Part shown: positions 1-14,944 of the stretch, in pieces
Numbering within the stretch: the first letter of the stretch is position 1
Layout: each line of letters begins with the position of its first letter
Assembly: GCF_006345805.1 (NCBI RefSeq)
Contig: NC_043013.1
Coordinates: forward strand, 25,110,001 to 25,174,000
Origin: Octopus sinensis
Lineage: Eukaryota
DNA: 64,000 bases
Direction of reading: 5' to 3'
Translations under genes and position numbers: made by a program
Notes under the pieces: model-generated
Databases searched by the model: none
The model's input: only the letters and a program-made list of their open reading frames with translations
What the model was told of the DNA's origin: nothing

Positions 1-1681
1 GAATTGTCCAAATTATGCTAGCATAGGAAGCAGGTATGTACGGCATGATAATGATGATGATGACGACGTGTGTGTCATGCATTTATATATGCACATAGGG
101 AAATATGTAGTGCATATATGTATCGTGTGTATGTATATATGAATGCATGTGTGTGAGGCATGGATATATATATACACACAAACATATATGTACATATATG
201 TATGTGTTTATAATTGTGTGTGTGCATGTATGTATGTGCATGTATGTGTGTGTGTGCATGTATGTGTGTGCATGTATGTGTGTGTGTGCATGTATGTGTG
301 TGTGTGGTACTTGTATAAGAAATAGAAAGTCCTTGGTACAGTATTATATATTTGAAAAAATGAATAGAAGTGGCTTTTCTGATAATTTTTCCACTTTTGG
401 AAAATATAGTGATATCTTGCAGTGCAAGTTTAATTTGTTCCATGACCAAGCTTGTCTTATGATTTACTTGTTTTACAAATCAATTTTTCTCACTGAAATT
501 AACTAAAATATAATTAATCCATTGCAGCTCTCCAAAACCACTCAAAAATGATATTTTATGGGTTTTAAAACAGAAATAGTGTAGTTACAAGTAAAATGGC
601 AATTATAAAATGCAAAATAAATATGTAAACTGGTTTTATTAACTGAATTACCTTAAAGATGGGATGATTTGTGTGCTTGTACTGTGGATTTCCACTTGTA
701 CTTCGAGACAAAAATTTGCATAAGTCTCAGCTCATACAGCAAATTACTTATACAATGGGGTACTTGTACTACAAGGTTCTACTGTTTATATATATATATA
801 TATACACACACATACAACTACACATGCAAATCTATACACATCATCATTTAATGTCTATATTCCATACTGGCATCAAGGACAGGATCCAACAAGTCTGAAA
901 ACTTCATCATGCTTTTCCTCACTCCAACCAGTTTACACCATGTATTTCTAATGGCACCAGCACTAGTGAGCTCCCCCCGCTCTCCATACAACTTGCAAGA
1001 TTAAGATCTACTTCAACTGAGACAGGCTACAGTAGAAGGGGAAGCAGCTTTATGCAAGGAGCTGAAGGGGTTAAACTATGAAAGAAGCCAAAAGAGAACA
1101 GGTTCCTTACCGTAGACAAGGTACACTATCTTTGCTAAGTTTATTCTGAAGCATCTCAATTTTAGGTTTATCTTCCATCCCTAGAATTTCCTTTCTAATT
1201 CCCTTATGGATTAAGCATTAATAATTCCCATAGACTGCCAACTTTTATCTCTGTGATGGCCTGTAGGACTATGATCATTAGGAGAGGGCTGAACAATGGA
1301 GGACTTCTTCTTAACACCAAGAACACTTTACTTATGTATCTTAGTATTTAGCTTGTACAAACTTCACATGCCATTCATTTACACCTAATTTCCTCAATGA
1401 TCACCAAATTACTGAGCATGGTACCCTGTCAAATGCCTTCTCCAAAACAATGGGCTTCTTTCAGCTTCCATGTAACACATCCACTCACAAGGCTTTGATC
1501 AGATTGGGACTATAGCAGAAGATATTTGCCCAAGGTTCTACACAGTTGGACTGACCCCAAAACCATGTGTTTAGAAAGAAAACTTCTTAGCATCACAGCT
1601 ATGCTTGTGTGTGTGTGTATGTGTGTGTGTGTGCAACCCATGCTTGTGTATGCTAGTGCTTACGAGTTATATATATAAATG

Positions 1682-1712
<31 letters not shown>

Positions 1713-1891
1713 CATCATCATCATCGTTTAACGTCCGTTCTCCATGCTAGCATGGGTTGGACGGTTCGACCGGGGATCTGGGAAGCCAGAAGGCTGCACC
1801 AGGCTCCGGTCTTATCTGGCAATGTTTCTACAGCTGGATGCCCTTCCTAACGCCAACCACTCCGTGAGTGTAGTGGGTGCTTTTTATGTGC

Positions 1892-1968
<77 letters not shown>

Positions 1969-3420
1969 ATACATACACACACAAACACACACATAAGCAA
2001 ATATACACACATATACAAGTGGTGGATCTCCATCATACAAAGATAAGGACTGAGTTGTTTAATCAACTGATTTACCTCTTCCTGAATGAACAAATAAGTG
2101 ACTGAGTATTCCGCAGACATTTTTTGTACCCTTAATGTAATTCTTAGGCAGAATCAGTGTGACTGAATAAAAAGGCTGTACCTTTTAAATTACAGGTAGA
2201 ATCCACCCTGTGGGCTTCTATGCAGTTTCCATTTTACTCACAAGGAATAGGTTAGCCCAAAGCTAGAGAAAATGTCTTTCACCAAAGATGTGGGACTGAA
2301 CCCAGATCCACATGGTTGCAAAGTAAATTTCTTAACCATTCAGACACACACTCACGCACACACAAACTAGAAAATATAACAAGTTTTATATCATTTACAT
2401 ACTGGTCATGAAGCTGATGAGCTTCAAAAACAACATTGACCAACAGTTAATTCAACAATAACCGGATGAAATGAATTTCATTCAGTTTACCATTTTTTAT
2501 TATCTTACATGATATAAGTATTATATAAATAATCAGAGCAATATAATTCAGTATTTTTGTAAAAAAAATAGGAGAACAGTTTTTTGTTTTGTAATTTTTT
2601 TTAAAAGAATTACATACATATTAAATTCTTTGTAGTTCCATTTAATTATATTTTTTAAATGAAATAATATTTTTTTTTAGAAATATTATTTAAAGCTATT
2701 GAAATTAGCTTGTAGATTTAGCACTCATTTAGAGCATTTAGAAGGTTTGATATAGAATGAAGAAGAAGAAGAAAAAAAAAGCACTGAGGAAGAATAAGAG
2801 CAATCAGCAAAGCATAGTACATCAAAGCAAAAGATGGACCACCAGACAAAGGTTAACTGCATACCAAGTGAGAATGATGAGATCACACTAAAAAGATAAG
2901 GATTGACAGTACACCACATTCCACAAACAATAATTAATATATTGTCAAAGGAAAACTGAACTAAGAAGTAGTTCACAATTCATAAAAGCAAAATTGAAAC
3001 ATTTCACAAACACAGGTTACCAAGACCATGTGTGTGTGTGTATCAGTAGAGATCTATGTGACTGGGAGAGAGAAAGAGAGAAAGAAAAGTTGGCTTTGAA
3101 AAATAATCATGCAGGAAAGCAATTTCTCAAAGGGAAATTGAAACATAAGACAGAAAAATAAAATTACAACTATTACAGAGCCAAATAAAAATATATATAT
3201 ATATATTACACACAGAAAGGGATTATCTATTCCACTGGCACAGCTAGAACTCCATTATGGAGTGCTGGACACTAAAGCATGCACTGCCTTCTTTCTCTCT
3301 TTCAAACTAAAGGAACACATGCCTTTCAGATGTGCGTATATTTCTGTAAGGCATCCCGAGGACCAAGTCAGGTGCACAGGAAGCAAGCATTTAGGAAGTG
3401 TGCTTACGTTGGAATTTAGT

Positions 3421-3464
3421 TTAACAAGAACTGGGACTATCCTGACTGTCCTCTTCTGCACTGC
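3421..3464 (-). CDS. MGRN1: Probable terminal coding exon of MGRN1 (phase 1, ends TAA)
   Basis: tttctatctgtattccag acceptor. Encodes (G)SAEEDSQDSPSSC*. Followed by about 1 kb of repeat-poor, UTR-like sequence with AATAAA (plus-strand tttatt) near 2496. Confidence 0.7.
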
Positions 3465-4421
3465 CTGGAATACAGATAGAAATGACACATCATATGAAAT
3501 TATACGGAAAACAGTTTCCTGGGAAATGCAAATGACAACTACAGTACTACCATTGAGATAGTGTCAAAGTTGCCATTAGAGAAAACTCAGCTTGATAATT
3601 AACATAGAAATCAAGTTATTACATCTGACTAACATTTCAATTGTAGCATTTTTAAAAAAGTCAATAATTAAAGACCATTCCACACCTCTGCATAAAGATT
3701 CACTCATTCCACTAAAACATATCAAAAGAGATAAATTATTATACATTACATTTTTGTAAAAGTAAAAAAAAAAAGGATAACTTTATATCATTGCCTGTTG
3801 ATATATCCTTCTGTTTAATAACAACACCAACACATAACAACATTAACGTTTAGGATTTCAGAGTTGCGAAAACAAGTTCAGTTTGAAATTGCAGAGAAAA
3901 TATTTTATTTACATATCAACCTCACACTTTATTGCTGAAATGAAAACAAACATAAAATATTGATTTCTAACTTAAATACAAATTTACAAAGATTTTAAAA
4001 TATATCAAGTCTTATTAATAACTTTCTTATTGTATTTTGGGAAAATAATATAGAACACTTTTAAAGAATTTAACTATGCTTAGTTAATCGGGGTTCTAGG
4101 TTCTTAAAATATTTTCAACAAATTGGATTATAAATAAGGTATTTTCTCAGAAGAAATACTACTGCTGAAATATTTTGATCCTCTTCACACCAGTCTGACT
4201 GAGACAACCCCTAGTTTTAAGCTCCAAACTTCCAGTTTTAAAGTAATCAAAATTTCATCTGAATTTATATTCCAAAGACTAGCTTGAGAATGACAATGTT
4301 ATCTTACTAAATTCTTCATTCTATTAATATTTCAGCAGAAAGGAGTAATAAAAGATCTTGTATATCCTATTTAGAATTTGATTTCTAAGAATTTAGAGTC
4401 AAGAGAGTAAACAGAATTTAT

Positions 4422-4630
4422 AACTGAGTGAGTGATGGAACAGGGCTTGTGATGTAAGTCAGTGGGTGATGTAACTGAGCAAGTGATGCAACTGAGTGAG
4501 TGGTGCAACTGGGTGAGTGGTGCAACTGGGTGAGTGGTGCAACTGGGTGAGTGGTGCAACTGGGTGAGTGGCGCAACTGAGTGAGTGGTGCAACTGAGTG
4601 AGTGGCGTAAGTGACATGAGTGAGTGGCCT
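4422..4630. repeat. 17-bp minisatellite, about 12 copies (aactgggtgagtggtgc)
   Basis: Perfect central copies with degenerate edges. Explains the periodic TQLHHSPSC ORFs. Confidence 0.92.
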
Positions 4631-6727
4631 GGGTGAATTAGTGTTGAAGCATGAACCACTAAGAAAATTATCACTAATTTATAAAGTACAATGGCAACTA
4701 TATAATTTTTTTCATGACAGTTATGAAATGTTTTTCCATGAAGAAATAATAAAATTTATGGCAAATAATACAATATTAAAAAAAAGGTACATGATACAAT
4801 CTAATATGATAGATTAAAGAAGAATTCGAAGTTATAACAGTAACTACCATATTCAAGGATAAAGAAAATAATTTGAAGTTTAAGAAACAAGACAGATGCA
4901 GGCTCTTCTTTACTGATCAAACTTTCCACCAAAACCATCCAGTAAGGATATTAAAGCAAGCATGGAATAAGATTTATAGAGTATGGGAATATAAACAGCA
5001 GATGATGTAAAATGGATAGGTATTAGTTCCAACAGAGACCCAAGTCAGAAGACAATTTGTTATTTCTAGAGATGGCAATGAATGTTACAAATCACAACAA
5101 AGAAAATAAAGACTACAAAAATTTTCTTATTATTTTTTCAATGTCAGAAAATTGTTCTTGCACAAATTTTATGATTCAACATATGAAAGAAGGGATATTC
5201 TAAATTAAATGATAGTTAACTAACACCAACAATGTTGTGTAAAGTATTGAAGGCCAGCAAAGTTGATACTGATAGACTGTAACAATCTACGCTATCTACA
5301 GCAAATATTAAAATTTAAGAGAGATCTGATAACAAGCAAATTACAAAAGATTGCAAATAACTTAGATAACATAGATAGGTTTGGGCCAGTATAGGTCCAG
5401 GCCTTGTCTAACTTAATAGCACCATCTGGTGAAGTCTTTTAGTCATATATGGGGTACCATGGCCCACTCTAGCAAAGAGTTTTTATTGTTGGAGACATAT
5501 CCAGATGTAGGATGTTGGCCCAGGATTTTTAGGAGAAATTTGTCCAGAGAACTTGAATTTATGGGATCTGTTTCTGTTTTAATGTATTTTCGCATAATAT
5601 TAAAGAGATCTGGACCAGTTGAGGTAGAGTAGTCGTAATGTTATGGAAATACACTATAAACTGTTTATTGATTCTTAAAGATACATCATATTGGAAAAGG
5701 GTATTTATAAACCATCATCATTATCATTTAACATCCACTTTCCATGCTTGTATGGGTTGGATGGTTTTACAGAATCTGGCAAGCTGCAGAGTTGTGACAA
5801 GTTCTAGTGTCAGTTATTGACATGATTTCTATGGCTGGATGCCCTTCCTAATGCCAGCAACATTACAGTGTGCACTGAATGCTTTTTTCATTCCACCCAC
5901 ACAAGAGGGACGACTGGGTAACATGGCAAAAGAGCAAAAAAGATCAGGGAAAGGGAAAAGGAAAAAAAAAACTCCTGCTTCTAAGTAGGAGGGAGTATTT
6001 GAAACAGGGAGGTACTTTTATGTCAAGTGTCTTGCTATACAAGAGACACACAACTACCGAACACTATATAAGGGTGAGAGTGGTTGAGACAGGGATAAAA
6101 GAAAGTAGTGATGGAGTGCAAGAGCAAACTTTCAAGGTACAAGAAGATGAGCATATGAATAAAGAAAAATGGACAGAAGAAAGTGTTTCATATAATGTCA
6201 GAATATGTAACAATAATTCAAGCTTGGCTAGTTGTAGTCACAGTGATTTACATATAAGCATCACAGTCAGGACTGATGAACAATAGCACAGTTTCTATAA
6301 AGTCCTCTTGCAGACTAATAACAGATATGGTAGAAAATATCGTGTTTGTCATTCCAAGTTACAAATTAGTGGATGAAGCAAGGTTCCAGGCAGATGGAAG
6401 GTAACAGGGTGGTGGAATCATACAATGGATAGAGCCTAAAAGAGACAGGCTTGAAAAGAATTAACAAAAAAGAGCAAAGAACAATATCAGATAGATAGAT
6501 GAGATGCTGGGCAGTATTCTTTTATTCTTTTACTTGTTTCAGTCATTTGACTTCAGCCATACTGGAGCACCACCTTTAGTTGAGCAAGCAAATCAACCCC
6601 AGGACTTATTCTTTGTACTTATTATATCAGTCTCTCAAGCCAAACTGCAAAGTTATGGGGCTTTAAACACACCAGCATCAGTTGTCAAGCAATGTTGGGG
6701 GGGACAAACAGACATACAAACATGTGA

Positions 6728-6758
<31 letters not shown>

Positions 6759-7079
6759 CGACGGGCAACTTTCAGTTTCCGCCTATCACATCCACTCACA
6801 AGGCTTTGGTCAGCCTGAGGTTATAGTAGAACACATTTGTCCAAGGTGCCACGCAGTGGGACTGAACCCGGAACCATGTGGTTTGGAAGCAAGCTTCTTA
6901 CCACAAATCCACTCCTGTGCTTATGTATGTATATTTGACATACTGCTTGTAATTAGATGGAAGGAAGTCATAGATAATCAGGGAAAGTATATTGATGATT
7001 AAATTTCAGTTAAATATAACATTTGATCACTTGTTTTCTTTATTCAAAATTCAGACAGAACTTATGGGATGACCTGGTA

Positions 7080-8665
7080 TATAATGATAGTAGTGAACTT
7101 AATTTCAGATGTTGAGATGAAAGACGCATGAATATGCTACCATGAAAGGTTGCTGAATGAGGAGAATGTATGGTAAAAAGAGAGACCACTCCAAGTAAAC
7201 CCAACGGAGAAACCAGTTATTGAAAATTGAGAATTATATGATCAGGAAAGCAGCTGGACCATAAGAGATAACCACTGAGATGCTGAAAACAATTAGAAAG
7301 GTAGGATACATATGAATTACTCATTAACAACTGCTACAAAAACAAAGGAGTTACATGAAAAAAAAACAAAAAAAAAAACGAACAGACAACTGCATCAAAC
7401 CGATCAAGCAACCATAGTTATAGCACTACTGATTAGGAAGAAAATTAGCTTTGATAAGATGCAGTTTGGGCTCAAACTAAGATAGAGTACAACTGAAGAC
7501 TGTTGACCTTTGACAAAGTTTCATGTCCTGTGATGTGGTTGTTGCTAAGAAAACAGGGTGAAGATAAATGGTTTGTGAGATCCAAGTAGACTATCAATAA
7601 GGTGAGAAGTTAGTAATAAGTTCAGCAAGAAATTTTGAATGCAGTTTAGTGCCCATCAGGGCTTGGTTCTCTGTCAACTCTAATTTATTATAATTCTTCA
7701 GGTTATCACAGGTTAAATATATGATATCTGTGGGAACTTCTGTAAAGCAATAACCAAGTTCTGTTGAAAAATTAGAAAATAAATTCCAAACATGGTAGAA
7801 TAGCCTAGAATTAAGAAGTCTTAAATTAAAGCAAGCAAAGACAAACGTTTTAGTTAGGAGGAAAGAGGATGGTACTTTATTGTCATCTGGGAAATGGCCA
7901 TGCTGATATGCAGCAAAAGAGTGGACAAGACTGACAGATGGTATACACAATGTAAACTATGGGTGTACAAGAGAGGCAGACTGACAGATAAAAAAAAAGA
8001 ACTTCGTGTATAGCAGGTGTAGTAGAAGTAGTCAGCAACACAAAGTGCTCATAAAATGTTTTCAAACACTCAGAGAGAGCAGAAGCCACTTAGAAGTAAT
8101 TGATAGCATTAGTTAATTAGGTGACCTAATTCACAATGGAGGAAGGTATTCCAAATATACAGTAGCCAGAGAGAGAGAGAGAGAGAGAGTAAACAGAGTG
8201 GAAAAAGTTGATAACAAAAGGATTCCCTCACTGAAATGAGGGCTAATTGTATGATGCTTGTGTATGGTAATGGAAATAAAGGTATTGAATAGAAAGGATG
8301 TTTGAAGATTGGAAAGAAACAAAGTAAACATGACGCTACCACCACCACCACTAAATGTATTTTGCTAATAATCACAAGTGAGCAAACACAACTCAAAGGA
8401 TCTAACAAAGAAACTGGAAATAGAGAAATCCAATGCAGTGCAAGAGAGAAGACTGAACTGATGTAGACATGAGAATGTGTATAGAGGAGGACGATAGATG
8501 GTGAAGAAAAAACAGGTAAACTAAGTGGAAGAAATCTGCAAGAGAAGGTTAAAGAAAACATGGGAAGAAGTGATGAAAGCTGAGCCACAAGAAGTTGATA
8601 AAGGATCACAAGCAAGACACTATGCTGGGGGAAACTCATCCAAACTGTGGAAACAGGACAATGAG
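7080..8665 (+). mobile_element. Degenerate RTE-clade LINE (RT, PHD-like finger, C-terminus and 3' tail)
   Basis: Decayed motifs appear in the expected order: YHERLLNEEN, GKAAGP, MQFG, VGVHQG-SVL-like, WELL-YADD-like, SGKWPC..C, LYDACV, ERRLRW.GH, KKTWEEV. Confidence 0.85.
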
Positions 8666-11136
8666 CAGAGTGTGTGTGTCCCCGCAAGGAGCAAGTTATC
8701 ACTAATGGAAGCAGTTGAACTTCTATGATATAAAAACACAATACAGGCATGTATTCTAAACTACTAATTCTTGTTAATATTTAGCAAAAAATGTAATAGA
8801 TAAAAATCTTATAAGATTTCATGAATTATTTACAGACAAACCAAATAATCTAAACTATCTAAAAACAATGAATCTTAAAGGCAAAATAACTCTTAGATGG
8901 TCTACAGTTTGAAAATGGAATAAAACATAGCTTGTGCAAGCCCTGATATGAAAAATGTACACAAAAATTATTGGTCTGGTGCAAATATAATTCAAGAGTT
9001 ATACAAACAAGTGAAGAGGAAGTAACAAACACAAAATTGAATCAAATTTATATCAAATGAATGAGGTGAAGTTTTAAACAGTAAAGAAGAAGACAGTGAA
9101 CCATATTCTTTGCTATTTATGCAGCTTAATAATTTGTTGGCAACATTAGTATGTGTGTGCTATCAAATACTGAAATCAATACCAATATCTAGAATCAAAA
9201 CATTATTTAGTTTAGTATTCCTGGAATTCTTACCAAAACATGTCTGCATGAATGAAAATTGACTACAAAGAAATTCCTACCACAATATACAAGAACTACT
9301 AAGTTTACTAGAGTGTCATGCAACTAAAAACAAAAATGAGAATTCCTACAAGACTATCTTATAAAGCATTCAAGTGTATCAGCTTTTGACAAAACTAAAT
9401 CATACTTCAAAGACCAATCAAAAGGACAAACACTATAAACTGACAATCACTAAAATGACCTTTAATACATATGCAACATTGAAATTTATCATAACCCAAA
9501 GTGTTTTAATTAGACAATTATCATGATTCACATTCCTAACTTGCAATGTCTTCATATCCTGGTTACTGAAAAATTGTTGTCATCTCATAAAATTTTAGAG
9601 CAATTAAAAAAAAAAGCATGGAGAAAAATTAACGGATAATATTACCAGAATAGTGGTACATGAATCCAAAGCCCCAGTCTTTGGCAACAGGTATAACAGT
9701 ATTAATAACAACAAAAATTAAACTGGTTTAATAATACAAAAGTTCTGCTTTTGATAGTTTGGTAACATAGAAGGAATGAAAGTGTAGGGAGTTTGTAACA
9801 GTTTAGCATTCTTAATGTTTAAGCTATTATATTAAACATCATAATGAAGTGTAGCTATAGCTTTATCTATTATTCTTCTTCGTTTTGTGTTCCATTATCA
9901 TTGTTGATTGACACATATAAGTGTTTGTATATACATATGTTCATGCATGTGTTGCACTTCTGTGTGTAATCTAAGATTAAGAAAAGATGCACTAATTTGG
10001 TTGTGATCAAGAGTAGCATTAGCTGTTTAATGATGTTCAAGTAGATTATTTACTATTAGTTAAAGAATATTTTTGAGATGTTTATTTTAATAAGAAAATA
10101 AATAGTCCTTAAAACTTTTAAAAGAAATCCCTTGCAGTACAACAACAAAGTAATTAGAATTCATACAAAACTGCAGAGCTCAACTGTTGCCTTACTAATG
10201 ATTTATTCTAACAACAATTTAATAGTTTCATTTTAGTTTTGTTATTAACAGATTATACGTTGAAACCAACTTCCTTATTTAGAGATTTTAGTATGCAAAA
10301 CATTATCTTATCTAAACAAAAAATGTGGACTATACTGGTTAAAGAATCAAGTTTAATGGAATTAACCATTATGTTCATTAATGAATACTATAAAGTAGAC
10401 AAAGCAACAAAAAAGCTTCTATGTGATCTCCAGACCTTCTAAAAACAACAATCAAATCTTCCTCAAATTACACTCTACTGACATTGGACAATGCTGGCTT
10501 AGATACGCTGTGTCTGAAAAATGAACAGATCATGAGGGTGTTGATCATGAGCTTGCTTGATCAGTACAATGCTGAACTAGAAATGTTTCCTAAAATAAGA
10601 AATTATGTTGGTTATATAATTTCAGAATAAAATAGAACCTCAATGGAAATATGCTTGGAATTTAAATAACATTTCTACAGATAGAGTTCATCCCTTTGAG
10701 ATAATTTTTGCTTAATTAGAGATTGATTTCAGGTCTATAGAGTAATCTATCCAAACTTTGATCATCAGTTTTATTGTTTTTATTGAAATCAGTCCAGAGG
10801 AATAAGAATAGAGTTTATGAAATGTGTCTGTTTTCTTAGACTGGTGAGGTAAGCCAATATCTACAGGAAAATAACTGAAGTGCTTGAGAGGATTATAAAA
10901 ATACATTCTGAATGGTTTGGCTTGCAATACATATTAGGGATAATAAAAGGTTGAGAGAAGAGTGTTTCAAGGGAACCTGGATGGAATGTGGTATGTAGAA
11001 AACTAGTTCAGTGAGGCTGAAGCCTTATAGGTATCAGTAAATAGGTAGAGACAAAGAAACAGCATCAGTGAGCCATTGTTCATAGGTTTTGGGGAGTAAG
11101 CCTTTTGTTAATCAGCTGGTTAATCTTTTGATATAA

Positions 11137-11171
<35 letters not shown>

Positions 11172-11319
11172 CAGTAGCATTCCAGATATGTGAGTAGTAC
11201 AGTATAATAATGTTTCAGTAGAGTGTTATGTATGAATAGGGACATCACAAACCAGTTTCAAAGCAAGAAAGATAAAATATGCTGAGGTTTCTGTTTAAGG
11301 TTTTGTCAGAAGAGGAAGT

Positions 11320-11636
11320 CTAGTGTCTATAACCTTTTGCAGGCATTCCACGACTGGTGGAACAAATGGAGAATAATTGAATAATTTCAATATCCTCAGA
11401 TAAGAGATCTTGCCAGAATACTAAAAGAGTGGATTTTACTGGCAACACTAAACCATGTGATACATAAGGTGCATCATCAATGTAGATAGTAACTTCTACA
11501 GACTGTTCAGGACTGCAAATGATTCGGTTTCTGTGCTGCACAGTGTTAGTCTGTGAAGAGTGTAAGAGGCAGCAAGAAATATGTACAATGACATCATCAA
11601 GGACTTCAGAGAAAGGTATGGTGTGAGAGAGATGTA
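11320..11636 (-). CDS. Candidate alternative last coding exon of MGRN1 (phase 1, 317 nt including stop)
   Basis: Branch-like tttaac, long pyrimidine tract and taag acceptor at 11637-8. Phase-1 frame is open to TAG: (V)HLSHTIPFSEVLDDVIVHISCCLLHSSQTNTVQHRNRIICSPEQSVEVTIYIDDAPYV...AKGYRH*. Confidence 0.5.
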
Positions 11637-12264
11637 CTTAAAGTAGGACAAGAAATAGTTAAACAGAGAATAGTGGAAACTGTAGATGAATTTAAAATAA
11701 TGGAAAACATAAAGCTACAGTTGGAGTAAATGAAGGTTTTTGTTGATAATACCAAAGTGACAGGTGCAAAGTGAGCCAAAGATATGTTGTAGATATAAAA
11801 GCAGAAATCACTTTCATAGCTTAGACAACAGAGATGGCTCAAATATTGAAATTGAAAGATTCTTATAACAAGGTAATATAAAATAAGAAAACTAAAATAT
11901 TTTTCATGGTAATCACTGATTTAATCTATTCTTGCCGAAATATTTAACCAGCATCAGTGAATTAAGTTTAATTATTTGCTCGAGATGAGCACTGAACCAA
12001 CTTGGATTTCTTTAAACATAGGTTATCCTATCTTATAAAATATATAAGGCAGCAAGTAGCTCCAGCATGAATAACCTTCTACTCTTGTTCAAATAGTACT
12101 TACATATTTAAACATGAATACATACATGTATGTATATATACATACATATACATATATACATAGATATATATGTGTGTTTATATATGTACATATATGTGTG
12201 TATGCATGTATATATGTGTATATATATATATATATATGTGTATGTATGGATATATATGAATGTG

Positions 12265-12311
<47 letters not shown>

Positions 12312-12553
12312 GTGTGTATGTATATATATATATATGTGTATGTATATATATATATTGTATGCATATGTATATATGTGTATGTCTATGTATATATATGTAT
12401 GTCTATGTATATATATGTGTATGTATATATATATATACATACATACATACTCATATATACATATATGTATATGTATAGATATATATGTATATATATGTGC
12501 ATATGTATGCATATATATATATATACATACATCCACATATATATATACATACC

Positions 12554-13104
12554 TAATCAATATAGGGTGGCAAGGAAAATTTTGTAGAATTTTATTGCCA
12601 CCAGCGGCCCAGTAGGAAAAAATTAAATAGTCATAGACCATTTTTAAGTTCAACATTAACAATTAAGGAACGGCCATAATAGGCCATTCACCCACTAGAA
12701 ATAACAGCCAAAGCTTCTACCGCAAATAAAGATAATTCCGTAAACAGGAGAAAATTAAAAAAACATTTACCCTGTAATTTCTTGTACGGTATACCGTTTC
12801 ATCCGCTGTTTAATGGTAAACTAACCTGATTAAATTAAATCAAGCCAATCTTCCATAAGCCCTCGGATTCTTCAGCAAGAAATAGCTCAAGTCGGGACAG
12901 ATATTTACAACGAGGCATACCCAATCTTGCCAAGGCAATATCTGACCTAAAATTTTCAAATCGTCGCACTCGCGCAAATTTATCGGCAGCAAATAAATAT
13001 CAGCCGTCGATTCCATTACGGAATTAACCAAAAAATTCATAATTAATCAATATAGGGTGGCAAGGAAAATTTTGTAGAATTTTATTGCCACCAGCGGCCC
13101 AGTA
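12554..13104. repeat. Two identical 61-bp direct repeats (12554-12614, 13044-13104) enclosing a 429-bp CpG-rich core
   Basis: taatcaatatagggtggcaaggaaaattttgtagaattttattgccaccagcggcccagta occurs twice, 490 bp apart. Confidence 0.95.
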
Positions 13105-13106
13105 CC

Positions 13107-14323
13107 CATATATACATACACACACACATATACATATATATATATACACACATATACATATACACACACACATATATACATATACAAACATACACATATA
13201 CATACATACACACATAAATACATATATATACATACACACATATATACATACACACATATACATACACATATATACATACACATACATACATACATACATA
13301 CACACATATATATATACATACATACATACACACATATATATATACATACATACATACACACATATATATATATATACATACATACACATATATATATACA
13401 TATATACATACATACACATATATATATACATACATACACATATATATATATACATACATACATACACATATATATATATATACATACATACATACACATA
13501 TATATATATACATACATACATACACATATATATATACATACATACATACATACACATATATATATATACATACATACATACACATATATATATACATACA
13601 TACACATATATATATATACATACACATATATATATATACATACATACACATATATATATACATACATACACATATATATATACATACATACACATATATA
13701 TATACATACATACACATATATATATATACATACACATATATATATATACATACATACACATATATATATACATACATACACATATATATATATATACATA
13801 CATACACATATATATATACATACATACACATATATATATACATACATACATACACATATATATACATACATACATACACATATATATATACATACATACA
13901 CATATATATATATACATACATACATACACATATATATATACATACATACATACACATATATATATACATACATACATACACATATATATATACATACATA
14001 CATACACATATATATATACATACATACACATATATATATACATACATACATACATACACATATATATACATACATACATACACATATATACATACATACA
14101 TACATACACATATATACATACATACATACACATATATACATACATACATACACATATATACATATATACATACATACATACACATATATATATACATACA
14201 TACACATATATATATACATACATACATACACATATATATACATACATACATATATATATACATACATACATATATATATACATACATATATATATGCATA
14301 CATACATACACACATATATGCAT

Positions 14324-14361
<38 letters not shown>

Positions 14362-14913
14362 CACACACACACACACACACACACATACATACACACACAC
14401 GCTTATATATACATACATACACACACACATATATATACATACATACACACATATACACATATATACATATACACATATATACATACACACATATATACAT
14501 ACACACATTATACACATATATACATACACACACATATACATATATATACATACATATATACACATACATACATACATATACACACATACATATACACATG
14601 CACACATATATATACACATGCACATATATATACACATGCACATATATATATATACATGTACATATATACACATATACATACACATTTATATATACACATA
14701 CATATTTATTCATACACATATACATACACTCATATATATATATACACACACACATATATATACATACACACACACACACATATATACATACACACACACA
14801 CATTCATACACACACACACACATTCATACACACACACACATTCATACACACACACATATATATATATACATACACATATATACATACACACATATACACA
14901 CACACACATATAT

Positions 14914-14944
<31 letters not shown>

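Noticed and set aside
3255-3561. 77-aa (minus) and 99-aa (plus) ORFs
   Set aside because: They are wrong-frame or antisense readings over the terminal exon. The phase-1 frame ends at 3421.
4750-5700. Possible additional LINE RT remnant
   Set aside because: Only faint motif similarity, too decayed to assign.
8109-8750. 213-aa hydrophobic ORF resembling a membrane protein
   Set aside because: It is the antisense shadow of the purine-rich decayed RTE ORF on the plus strand.
12840-13040. 66-aa ORF, and an in-phase ttttag acceptor that could make it an MGRN1 last exon
   Set aside because: It lies within the direct-repeat-bounded insert, has a short pyrimidine tract and no recognisable homology. 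The insert is kept as a finding but not called as CDS.
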